Positions 18,985 through 27,341 of a stretch of 64,000 nucleotides of DNA are shown here, one piece after another. Positions within the stretch are counted from its first letter, which is position 1. Every line of letters starts with the position of its first letter. The notes beneath the pieces are model-generated. The model was not told where the DNA came from, searched no databases, and saw only the letters and a list, made by a program, of their open reading frames with translations. The DNA lies in NCBI GenBank assembly GCA_040387855.1, contig JAZKCY010000001.1, positions 189,857-253,856 of the forward strand, read 5' to 3'. Made by a program: the position numbers and the translations under genes. Source of the DNA: Patescibacteria group bacterium (GTDB lineage Bacteria > Patescibacteriota > Minisyncoccia > Phycocordibacterales > JAKAEA01).

Positions 18985-19431
18985 ATGCATCCATACGAAT
19001 ATAATTTAAGTTTCAGTCTTGTACATCCAAAGAAGAAATTAAGTGAGTTATATAATAGAATTAGTGAAGTTTCTGGATTTTATCCTCGACGAATTTGGAC
19101 TGCAGGAGATAAACGAAAGACCCAATCGGGAGAAGATCTGGAAGGAACATACAAAGAATCATACTGTTATTTTGCTCTAAATAATTCTTTATTAAAAAGT
19201 TCAGAAATTCGTTTGGAAAATAGTCTTGAAGAAGTCTTAGAGAAGCTTTCAGTTTTGAAAAGAGAATTCAAAGAATTTGTTGACGAGGATGGAGTTTTAG
19301 AAATAACCGTTGGGTTTTACGTTGATTCAAATTCTGCTGGAATATTTCATTTTGAATTACTTAGAAAATTCTGTGATTTAGGAATTGGCTTAACTCTTGA
19401 TGTATACTCTTCAGTTAATGAGATGAAATAA
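18985..19431 (+). CDS. DUF4279-like putative orphan immunity protein
   Basis: WTAGDKRKT..G..L.G.YKESY and LGIGLTLDVY pattern; position after the Rhs locus. Confidence 0.6.
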   Translation: MHPYEYNLSFSLVHPKKKLSELYNRISEVSGFYPRRIWTAGDKRKTQSGEDLEGTYKESYCYFALNNSLLKSSEIRLENSLEEVLEKLSVLKREFKEFVDEDGVLEITVGFYVDSNSAGIFHFELLRKFCDLGIGLTLDVYSSVNEMK

Positions 19432-19434
19432 TTC

Positions 19435-20004
19435 ATGAAATACAAAGTTGAAAGACCCCCATTAACAGGAAACTTTTTCTTGCCTTCAAAAGAAAGTTTA
19501 GTTGAACTTAAACCAGGCAATCTTGTCAAAATTATGATTAGACATGAAGAAGAAGGAGTAGAAAGAATGTGGGTAAAAATAATACAACAGCAAGATATTT
19601 CAGAATGGACTGGGGTTTTAGATAATGATCCTGTAGGTGAAAAAATGAGTGGATTGTTAAAAGCAGGAGATATAGTAATATTTCATCCTCTGGATATCAT
19701 TCAGATCTGGGATGATAAAAAAATTACAAACTGGGAATTTAAAGAAGCAATAAATGCCAGAGTGTTTACTACTCCAGAAATAGCTTCGGGTATAAAACCT
19801 GTTTTATTTGCAATACATGAATTAGATGGCGATTGGCAGTTTTTGCCATCTGAAAAAACTGAGGATAAAAACGCAATTTTTATCCCTTTGAGGTACTTAA
19901 TTGAAAATGATAATACTTTGTCTGAATTGGGTAATCTACCTGTGGGATGGCACGCAAAACGAAAAAGTATTGAGGATTCGTGGATTAGAGAAAGTGAAAA
20001 ATAA
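19435..20004 (+). CDS. DUF2314/DUF2185-like two-domain putative immunity protein
   Basis: ERMWVKI...GVLDNDP domain fused to HELDGDWQFL...LPVGWHA.R domain. Confidence 0.6.
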   Translation: MKYKVERPPLTGNFFLPSKESLVELKPGNLVKIMIRHEEEGVERMWVKIIQQQDISEWTGVLDNDPVGEKMSGLLKAGDIVIFHPLDIIQIWDDKKITNWEFKEAINARVFTTPEIASGIKPVLFAIHELDGDWQFLPSEKTEDKNAIFIPLRYLIENDNTLSELGNLPVGWHAKRKSIEDSWIRESEK

Positions 20005-20119
20005 CCTTAACTATATATTTAAATTTTTTATTGCATTAATAAGCGAAAAATTTGACTTGACCCTAATTACTACCTCACATTCAGGTAGACCAAATCCTTA
20101 ATAATAATAATTAACTGAT

Positions 20120-20425
20120 ATGTATATTAAAAAACAATTAGAGGACGGTGGAAATAAAATAATATGGAAAGGCAATGTGTCTTTTCCTGAAAAAATGATT
20201 AATATAATAAGTAAAATAGATACTCGAATTTATCCATTATTAAAAGGGATCGCATCTTACGAGGATACTTATTTTAATTCACAACAGACAAAGGATCTCA
20301 TTGAAGAACTTCAATCGTTTAAAGATTCACTTACTGATGAAAAGGATAAAGAGGAAATAGAAAGCTTAGTAAAATTCGCTAAGGATATAGATATGCAGGA
20401 ACATTTGGTTTTTGTAGGTGATTAA
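20120..20425 (+). CDS. Hypothetical acidic protein, putative orphan immunity
   Basis: 101 aa; YPLL..I..Y.DT.FN..Q and LVFVGD C-terminus. Confidence 0.55.
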   Translation: MYIKKQLEDGGNKIIWKGNVSFPEKMINIISKIDTRIYPLLKGIASYEDTYFNSQQTKDLIEELQSFKDSLTDEKDKEEIESLVKFAKDIDMQEHLVFVGD

Positions 20426-20545
20426 ATGCTGTCTAGGTGTTGACCCATTAATTTAAGGGAGGTTGTGCATAAAAATAAATGGCAAATTGTAGAAAAATCT
20501 AATTTGTAAACATACTCTTTTCTATTAGTTTGCTAGAATAAAGTT

Positions 20546-21064
20546 ATGGCAACATTGCGTCAAAAATTGGCTTTTAATAAAACCATTGAAAATCAGGGAA
20601 ATGTTAGTAAAGCTATGAAAGAAGCTGGTTATTCCAGGAGTCACGCTCATAATCCACAATCACTGGTTAAGAGTAAAGGTTTTCAGCAGATGCTTCAAAA
20701 TTATATTCCAGAGCAACGAATTCTTGAGAAAGTTAGTGAGTTGTTTGAAAGGGGAGAAATAGTAAGTCGGACATTTCCTTCAATCCTTGGTTTAGATACC
20801 GTTAAGAAAATGTTTGAAAAGGCAGGATTGACCATTTTAAATTTACGAGAAGTAGGGGATCAAAAAAATGAAATAGAAGTATATTTCATTCAGCCAGATG
20901 CTACATCACAAGATAAGGCTCTCGAAAAATCAATTAAATTGCATGGTTTATATGAGACAGATCATACACATGGGGCTAATGCTAAAGGATTGTCACTTAT
21001 AAGTCTTTTTGAAAAGGTAGAAGAAAGAAGAGCAAATAGGGCAATGAAGAATAAGATTCAATAA
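20546..21064 (+). CDS. Terminase small subunit-like HTH protein
   Basis: N-terminal RQK.AF...GNVSKAMKEAGYS resembles TerS HTH; C-terminal KALE...KLHG. Confidence 0.5.
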   Translation: MATLRQKLAFNKTIENQGNVSKAMKEAGYSRSHAHNPQSLVKSKGFQQMLQNYIPEQRILEKVSELFERGEIVSRTFPSILGLDTVKKMFEKAGLTILNLREVGDQKNEIEVYFIQPDATSQDKALEKSIKLHGLYETDHTHGANAKGLSLISLFEKVEERRANRAMKNKIQ

Positions 21065-21720
21065 GTCTTTATTTGAAAGTAAGAAGTATTATTTAGTTGT
21101 TTAGACACTAGTTCTAATTTTTTTATATGCTCTAATGGGCGCTTGAGGTCCTGACCCTGTGAAATCAGGTTTTCGTAATTTTCTGCTAGCTTATTACCGA
21201 ACACACCGTCTCCAAAAATATCATAGTCTTGTTTAATAAACTTACCCAATCCAAATGGAAAGACTGCATCAAGTTTAGTTGTACCAAAACCTACTGGTAA
21301 GCGACTATGAATATCGTGAAATGGACTAAAGCTGTATCCTTTTGGAATTTTAACTGATCGTCTCGGGTGATATGGATGGAAGTAGAGGATATCCCAGCTT
21401 TTGCCATCAAAGGATACAGTTTCAAATACATCAATAGGATTTGCTATTGCACCTATAGTTACTGATCCAATCCTATGAAATAGTAACGCTGAATTATTTT
21501 TCGTTCTAAGTCTACCAATATATTTAATTTCACCAATAGGTCCATTAACAGGTATAGGATTGGATGCCATTAATCCAAATGAACCATTAGCTCCTTTAAC
21601 TTCGTCACAAACTTCTCCTTCTAGACATATTTTAGAAAACTGTTCAGGAAATTTAAGTAGATCAGCTTTTTGTTCTAGTAAGGACTCATCTTTGATGACT
21701 TTTTTAAAAAGGTTGAACAT
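21058..21720 (-). CDS. Hypothetical protein
   Basis: 220-aa ORF abutting the upstream 101-aa gene. Confidence 0.65.
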   Translation of the reverse strand: MFNLFKKVIKDESLLEQKADLLKFPEQFSKICLEGEVCDEVKGANGSFGLMASNPIPVNGPIGEIKYIGRLRTKNNSALLFHRIGSVTIGAIANPIDVFETVSFDGKSWDILYFHPYHPRRSVKIPKGYSFSPFHDIHSRLPVGFGTTKLDAVFPFGLGKFIKQDYDIFGDGVFGNKLAENYENLISQGQDLKRPLEHIKKLELVSKQLNNTSYFQIKTY

Positions 21721-22026
21721 TTATTTAATTCCAAACGCATAACCAGCTACAAGTATTATAAGTATTACAAAAATGAGAGTGCTTAACCAGAAGCCCCCCC
21801 AGAAAGCACTTCTTGCATTGGTATACTCAGCCCAGAATGCCATTTCAAACTTCTTGATATTATTTGCTAAAATGAATTCTTCTAAATCCATGTGACTCAT
21901 TTTTCTGAATGAAATCCCTGGATGTTTTATGTGTACACCTTTCTCTACAAGGGTATCAAGTGAAGTCCCAAAGTGAATCCTTGGTCCCGTAAGCTCATTT
22001 ATGATCTTTTGTAAGTCAGGAGGCAT
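21721..22026 (-). CDS. Hypothetical protein with C-terminal TM helix
   Basis: 101-aa ORF divergent from the controller gene. Confidence 0.6.
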   Translation of the reverse strand: MPPDLQKIINELTGPRIHFGTSLDTLVEKGVHIKHPGISFRKMSHMDLEEFILANNIKKFEMAFWAEYTNARSAFWGGFWLSTLIFVILIILVAGYAFGIK

Positions 22027-22032
22027 GTTGAT

Positions 22033-22106
22033 GACTATAAGTATCTATACTCCTACTCTACCACAATTATAATGATACTTATAGTCCGTCGCCTTAAAGT
22101 CATCAT
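22033..22106. promoter_or_regulatory. C-box-type operators
   Basis: 35-bp ATGATACTTATAGTCCGTCGCCTTAAAGTCATCAT (22072-22106) 20 bp before the HTH gene, plus an inverted 13-bp copy GACTATAAGTATC (22033-22045). Confidence 0.7.
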
Positions 22107-22126
22107 CACAATACCCTTAAGGTATT

Positions 22127-22351
22127 ATGATCCCTAAAAACAGCGCTATCTTAAAAAAGTTTGGAGAACGCGTGAGAGATATACGGTTACGAAAAGGAAT
22201 ATCTTCACAGATGACTTTTGCTAATAAAGCTGGACTAGATCGAACCTATATTGGAGGAGTGGAAAGAGGTGAACGAAATGTATCTTTAATCAATATTGAA
22301 AAGATTGCAAAAACTCTTAATGTTAATATTGAAGACTTGTTTAAGTTTTAG
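22127..22351 (+). CDS. XRE-family HTH regulator, R-M controller (C) protein-like
   Basis: FGERVRDIR...AGLDRTYIGGVERGERNVSLINIEKIAKTL. Confidence 0.9.
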   Translation: MIPKNSAILKKFGERVRDIRLRKGISSQMTFANKAGLDRTYIGGVERGERNVSLINIEKIAKTLNVNIEDLFKF

Positions 22352-22370
22352 AGAGAATGGAATTATACAC

Positions 22371-22418
22371 ATAGTATCAACACATGTTCTTTGACATGAA
22401 ACAGGTTGTTGATACTAT
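22371..22418 (+). promoter_or_regulatory. Promoter of integrase 2 embedded in a 12-bp inverted repeat
   Basis: TTGACA(22391)-16 bp-TACTAT(22413); ATAGTATCAACA / TGTTGATACTAT perfect IR. Confidence 0.65.
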
Positions 22419-22436
22419 ATAAATATAACTAAATAG

Positions 22437-22511
22437 AAAAAAGCTCAGTGAGATGGCTTTCCAGGTTACATAAAAACATGTAACAAGAAAGTTTATCGCT
22501 GGGCTTTTTTT
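22437..22511 (+). terminator. Long leader hairpin with U-tract before integrase 2
   Basis: AAAAAAGCTCAG..GATGGCTTTC..GTTACAT/ATGTAAC..GAAAGTTTATC.CTGGGCTTTTTTT. Confidence 0.6.
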
Positions 22512-22522
22512 GTGGAAAAAAT

Positions 22523-23470
22523 ATGAAAGAAAATATTTCGGAATTATTTAAAAAATTTATTGAGGACTGTAGGTATATTAAACGGCTTCGTCCAGAAACT
22601 ATTCGTACTTACTCTGAGGCATTTAAAACTTTTATAAAAGTTATGCCAGAAGTGGTCAATGTTAAGTTGCTTACTCGTGAGATGCTAACTCTCTACTTCA
22701 AAAGACTTGAAACAAGAGGGAGAAAGGTTGGAAAAGATACTATTAAAATTGGTGTAAAGGACTCAACAATTAAAACCTATCAGAATAGATTAAATGTGTT
22801 TTTCACATGGCTTGTAAATATGCAACATATAGAAACCAATCCATTTATTGGGATGAAGTTTCCTAATCCAGTATACGAAGATAGTAGAGCATTAGAGCAA
22901 GATAGTATTGATAAAATATTTGCTGCTGTGGCGTTACACTCAATAAATTCACTAATCCATAAGCGAGACATAGCAATACTAAGTCTACTTATGTTCTGTG
23001 GTTTGAGAAGAAATGAGCTTATCTCACTTCAAGTTAATGATGTTGATTTTGAAAATTCAATGTTAGTCATTAAAGGTGAGACATCGAAATCTAAAAAAAC
23101 GCATTCTGTCCCATTACATCCAACTCTAGGAATGCATTTAAAGGATTACTTAAAAGAACGTTGCAAAAAAGAGTATAAAACTCAATATTTAATCATCTCT
23201 ACAAATAGAGATCGAGGATTAAGTAGCGATGGATTGAAACATTGGGTAAAAAGGCTGGTTAAATTATCTGGTGTAAAATTTCATCTCCATAAATTTCGAC
23301 ATACCTTTGCCTGTAACCTAGCTAAAAATAATGTAAGCGTATTCAACATTCAAACGTTGATGGGGCATAAAGATTATAAGATGACGTTATCATATTTGAG
23401 ATCAGTGAAAACTAAGGATCTTAGAGACGAGATTAATAGGTTATACAGTAATGTTGATAATTTTCACTAA
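22523..23470 (+). CDS. Tyrosine recombinase/integrase 2 (XerC/D-like)
   Basis: GLRRNEL, SKSKK, HKFRH, GHKDYKMTLSY catalytic set. Confidence 0.93.
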   Translation: MKENISELFKKFIEDCRYIKRLRPETIRTYSEAFKTFIKVMPEVVNVKLLTREMLTLYFKRLETRGRKVGKDTIKIGVKDSTIKTYQNRLNVFFTWLVNMQHIETNPFIGMKFPNPVYEDSRALEQDSIDKIFAAVALHSINSLIHKRDIAILSLLMFCGLRRNELISLQVNDVDFENSMLVIKGETSKSKKTHSVPLHPTLGMHLKDYLKERCKKEYKTQYLIISTNRDRGLSSDGLKHWVKRLVKLSGVKFHLHKFRHTFACNLAKNNVSVFNIQTLMGHKDYKMTLSYLRSVKTKDLRDEINRLYSNVDNFH

Positions 23471-23658
23471 ATCTGTCACTATGATGGAAGTCAGCTATTA
23501 TTATCAAATATTGGTTGCAGTGAGTCTCTCAGGAGATTTTTATTTTGAGTTAAAACCTGTAATAAACAGGTCCTCACAACAGTATAGATTTAATGAACTA
23601 AATCGAAATTCTAGCTCTAAAAATATAGCCTTGTAATGGTTTAGACCTCTACCTATTT

Positions 23659-23703
23659 ATTGGTAATGACGAGGTCACCGGTTCAATCCCGGTCAACGGC
23701 TCC
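23659..23703 (+). pseudogene. 3' half of host tRNA-Thr(GGU) (attR)
   Basis: ATTGGTAATGACGAGGTCACCGGTTCAATCCCGGTCAACGGCTCC; intron-less junction; T-stem differs from the element copy. Confidence 0.9.
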
Positions 23704-23733
23704 CGTAATTAATTTTAACGAACTATTAAATAT

Positions 23734-24633
23734 ATGGAACCAAATATTTTACCAGGATCATGGTCACTTATTAAAAAAGCCTGGGCAGAAGTTAAAGTAC
23801 GATACTCATATATATTCCCTGTACTCGGGATTATGTTTATTGCTCAGTCATTGCCACTTGTTATCGCTTCAAAAATGATTGATGAGGCAGTTTTCCAACT
23901 TGATCAATATGGCAGTCTAACAACTCAATATTTGATTATTATCGCAATTGTTCTCGTGACTAGTATCGTTTCATTTATCTCAACTATAGTGTTGATGACC
24001 CTAATCTCAAAGAAGGAAACCGAAGTGCTCACACTACGAGAGCTGTATTCTAATGCTGTCCGATTAGCAATTCCTTATGCGTGGGTTTCAATTCTTATTG
24101 CATTAGCTATTGTGCCTGGTTTGGTGCTTCTTATTGTTCCAGGAATATTGCTTACTCTATTAGTAAGCTTTGCAGGCTTTGCTCTTATTATTGATAATGA
24201 CCGTGGGTTATCTGCACTTACACGAAGTTGGTTTTATGTAAAAAATAACTTCAAACTCGTTATTTGGCGATTTCTAGGATTCGTTCTTTTCGCAATCATA
24301 ATTACAATCGTTATTGCAATAATAGAATCTATCGTTGGGATTTCAATGTATGGATCTGCAGAATATCTTAAAATGATTGATGATCAAACCACTCCAATTA
24401 CATCTACTATAATAAATAATATTGTTCAGACATTTGTACTTACCCCAATTGGTCTTATGTACTTCTGGTATCTCTATGAATTTATGAAGATTAAAGAAGG
24501 CCCTGTGGTAAATCCTGAAGAAGCTATCCTAATCAGAAAGCGAATTACTATCTTAACAATCGTCGGAGCACTAATTACTATTGCATTAGTTATCGCTTTT
24601 GGATATTTTTTCTTTACGGTAACTCCTCTATAA
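23734..24633 (+). CDS. Multi-pass membrane protein
   Basis: About 6-7 TM helices, LLIVPGI and ALTRSW motifs. Confidence 0.75.
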   Translation: MEPNILPGSWSLIKKAWAEVKVRYSYIFPVLGIMFIAQSLPLVIASKMIDEAVFQLDQYGSLTTQYLIIIAIVLVTSIVSFISTIVLMTLISKKETEVLTLRELYSNAVRLAIPYAWVSILIALAIVPGLVLLIVPGILLTLLVSFAGFALIIDNDRGLSALTRSWFYVKNNFKLVIWRFLGFVLFAIIITIVIAIIESIVGISMYGSAEYLKMIDDQTTPITSTIINNIVQTFVLTPIGLMYFWYLYEFMKIKEGPVVNPEEAILIRKRITILTIVGALITIALVIAFGYFFFTVTPL

Positions 24634-24661
24634 TGGCTTCTCCTCGATAAGAGGAGAGTAC

Positions 24662-24737
24662 GCCACCTTAGCTCAGTTGGTAGAGCAATGCTTTCGTAAA
24701 GCAGAGGTCCCGAGTTCGATTCTCGGAGGTGGCTCCA
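24662..24737 (+). tRNA. tRNA-Thr(CGU)
   Basis: GCCACCT/AGGTGGC acceptor, loop TTCGTAA, encoded CCA. Confidence 0.92.
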
Positions 24738-24749
24738 GTTTGATATACT

Positions 24750-25631
24750 ATGGATATGGACAAAGAAGCTATTGATGCACGCATACTAGAGATTGAAAAT
24801 GCCATGTCTGAAGCTGATTTTTGGGCTGACAAAGATAAAGCACAAGCAGCTATTCGTGAACTTCAAGATTTAAAAGAACAAAAAGAAGGTGTTGGTAAAT
24901 ATGATCGAGGCAACGCAGTCATAAATATTCTTGCTGGGGCAGGAGGGGATGATGCAGAAGATTTTTCTTCTATGCTTTTTGATATGTATCGAAAGTATAT
25001 AGATAATCAAGGATGGCAGGCATCTATAGTTCATGAAAATCGAAACGATCATGGCGGGTTCCGAAATATTAGTTTTGAAGTCCAAGGTAAAAATGCCTAT
25101 GGCACATTAAAGAACGAATCGGGAGTTCACAGACTCGTCCGAATTTCTCCATTTAATGCAAAACAAATGCGACATACGTCTTTTTCACTTGTTGAGGTGA
25201 TTCCAAAATTTGAGAAAGTAGCAGAAACCGAAATTCCACCTGATCAAATCAGAATAGAACTTTCAAAAGCCGGTGGCCCAGGAGGACAAAATGTAAACAA
25301 ACGAGAGACAGCGGTACGTATTGTGCATATTCCTACAAATATTTCTGTGCATGTAACATCAGAACGATCTCAAGCTCAGAATAAAGAAAAAGCATTTGCC
25401 TTGCTTAAGGGGAAGCTCTACAAGAAACAAGAAGATGATGAAAAGAAAAAAGCAGCTGGACTTTCAATTAGCTCAACAACAGACATTGAATGGGGTAGTC
25501 AGATCCGTTCATATGTTCTTCATCCATACAAAATGGTAAAGGATCATCGTACTGATGTGACCGTCCATGATGCCGACAAAGTATTGAATGGTGCGCTTGA
25601 TGAGTTTATTGATGCCGAACGAGCGCTCTAA
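24750..25631 (+). CDS. prfB: Peptide chain release factor 2 (short form)
   Basis: GVHRLVRISPF (SPF), GGPGGQNVNK, WGSQIRSYVLHPY. Confidence 0.92.
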   Translation: MDMDKEAIDARILEIENAMSEADFWADKDKAQAAIRELQDLKEQKEGVGKYDRGNAVINILAGAGGDDAEDFSSMLFDMYRKYIDNQGWQASIVHENRNDHGGFRNISFEVQGKNAYGTLKNESGVHRLVRISPFNAKQMRHTSFSLVEVIPKFEKVAETEIPPDQIRIELSKAGGPGGQNVNKRETAVRIVHIPTNISVHVTSERSQAQNKEKAFALLKGKLYKKQEDDEKKKAAGLSISSTTDIEWGSQIRSYVLHPYKMVKDHRTDVTVHDADKVLNGALDEFIDAERAL

Positions 25632-25689
25632 ACAATAAGATTATAGAGGTTGCATTTGTAGCTCAAGATACTACAATAGATAGAGCATT

Positions 25690-26370
25690 ATGATTTACTT
25701 CGACAATGTTTCAAAAGTATATACTGACGATTCAATAGCACTTGAAGATATCAGTTTTACCATCGAACCCAATGAATTCGTCTCAATAGTGGGACACTCA
25801 GGAGCAGGAAAAACTACCTTGCTTAAAATGTTATTAGCTGAAGAACGACCTTCTGATGGGAAGGTGTATTTTCAGTCAACCGACATTCATACACTCAGTA
25901 AAAATCAGATCAACCATTTTCGTCGAAAGATTGGAGCTGTGTTTCAGGATTTTCGCTTGCTTCCAAATAAAACAGCATATGAAAATATTGCTTTTGCTAT
26001 GGAAGTAGCAGGTAAGAGCGACGAAGAAATTGCTTCAGATGTACCACATGTTCTCGAACTCGTTGATCTTGGTAAAAAAATGTGGAATTTCCCTGGCCAG
26101 CTTTCTGGAGGGGAAAAGCAGCGAGTTGCAATTGCACGAGCAATTGTAAATCATCCTGATATAATTATCGCTGATGAGCCAACAGGAAATCTTGATCCAA
26201 TTAATACCTATGAGATTGTCCAGATTTTAAAGAAGATCAATGATTTAGGTACTACCGTAATTCTGACTACGCACAATAAAGGTGTTATTGATGCATTAAA
26301 CCGCCGTGTGATAACCATAGAAAATGGAAGAATTACTCGTGATGATAAAGAAGGACGATATATCCTATAA
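25690..26370 (+). CDS. ftsE: Cell division ATP-binding protein
   Basis: GHSGAGKTT, VFQDFRLL, LSGGEKQR, ADEPTGNLDP; next to ftsX. Confidence 0.92.
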   Translation: MIYFDNVSKVYTDDSIALEDISFTIEPNEFVSIVGHSGAGKTTLLKMLLAEERPSDGKVYFQSTDIHTLSKNQINHFRRKIGAVFQDFRLLPNKTAYENIAFAMEVAGKSDEEIASDVPHVLELVDLGKKMWNFPGQLSGGEKQRVAIARAIVNHPDIIIADEPTGNLDPINTYEIVQILKKINDLGTTVILTTHNKGVIDALNRRVITIENGRITRDDKEGRYIL

Positions 26371-26382
26371 TTCAAATTTATA

Positions 26383-27309
26383 ATGTTGTGGACAAATACT
26401 AAACGTGTAATAAGAGCTGGGTTTGTTAATTTCTGGAGAAATGGGTTTGTTTCTCTTGCTTCAGTACTCGTAATGACTATTACGCTTTTTGTGCTTGGCT
26501 CTATTGTATTTATGAGTGCTCTATTAAATTCTGCACTTATCCAAATTAAAGATAAAGTTGATATCAACGTGTACTTTGTAACTACAGCAAAAGAAAGCGA
26601 TATCTTGGCAATTCAGGATTCTCTTAAAACTCTTCCTGAAGTTGCACAAGTAAATTACTCTTCACGAGAGCAGGAGTTGGCAAACTTCAAAAAGAAGCAT
26701 GAAAACGATCAGTTTACACTTCAGGCGCTTGAAGAACTTAAGGATAACCCATTGGGCGCAGTTTTGAATGTGAAGGCAAGAGAACCATCTCAGTATTCTG
26801 GAATCGTTACTTTTTTAGAAAAGAGTAGTGTGTCTGCACTAGATGGTACTCCAATAGTTGATGATGTTAACTACAATGAAAATAAAGTAGCTATTGATAC
26901 ACTTACTAAGATTATTGAATCAGGTCAACGATTAGGATTCTTTATTATGATCTTGCTTGTGGTCATGTCTATTATGATTACCTTCAACACTATTCGATTG
27001 GCTATCTATATTTCTCGAGAAGAAATTGCTGTTATGCGATTGGTGGGTGCTAGTTCAAAATATGTACGAGGTCCATTTGTTATCATTGGTATTATGTACG
27101 GAATGTTCTCAGCAATTATTGCTGGAGCAATCTTTTTTCCAGCAACATACTATTTAGGTAGAGCAACAGAAAACTTCTTCACAGGAATAAATGTGTACAA
27201 CTATTATGTTACAAACTTTGGTCAAGTGTTTGTGATGTTGTTGGTAGCTGGAATTGTTATTGGGGCAGTATCAAGTTATTTGGCCGTACGAAGATATTTA
27301 AGAGTCTAA
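26383..27309 (+). CDS. ftsX: Cell division permease
   Basis: FNTIRLAI..REEI.VMRLVGA..YVRGPF. Confidence 0.92.
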   Translation: MLWTNTKRVIRAGFVNFWRNGFVSLASVLVMTITLFVLGSIVFMSALLNSALIQIKDKVDINVYFVTTAKESDILAIQDSLKTLPEVAQVNYSSREQELANFKKKHENDQFTLQALEELKDNPLGAVLNVKAREPSQYSGIVTFLEKSSVSALDGTPIVDDVNYNENKVAIDTLTKIIESGQRLGFFIMILLVVMSIMITFNTIRLAIYISREEIAVMRLVGASSKYVRGPFVIIGIMYGMFSAIIAGAIFFPATYYLGRATENFFTGINVYNYYVTNFGQVFVMLLVAGIVIGAVSSYLAVRRYLRV

Positions 27310-27341
27310 TAGATAATCACAAAAGATAACCATACGTCAGC

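Larger units (their letters stand above)
6515..23666. mobile_element. Integrative element in tRNA-Thr(GGU) anticodon loop with two tyrosine recombinases
   Basis: 8-bp direct repeat ATTGGTAA at 6515-6522 and 23659-23666, tRNA halves outside, inverted end sequences AAATAGG/CCTATTT inside, an integrase at each end, accessory cargo. Confidence 0.88.

Noticed and set aside
6485-23703. Archaeal-type trans-spliced split tRNA
   Set aside because: Flanks are partly complementary, but there is no clear bulge-helix-bulge motif, the context is bacterial, and integrases plus a duplicated core explain the split.
23451-23878. ORFs 23451-23636 and 23660-23878
   Set aside because: Overlap the element end, the tRNA 3' half and the next gene; no protein features.
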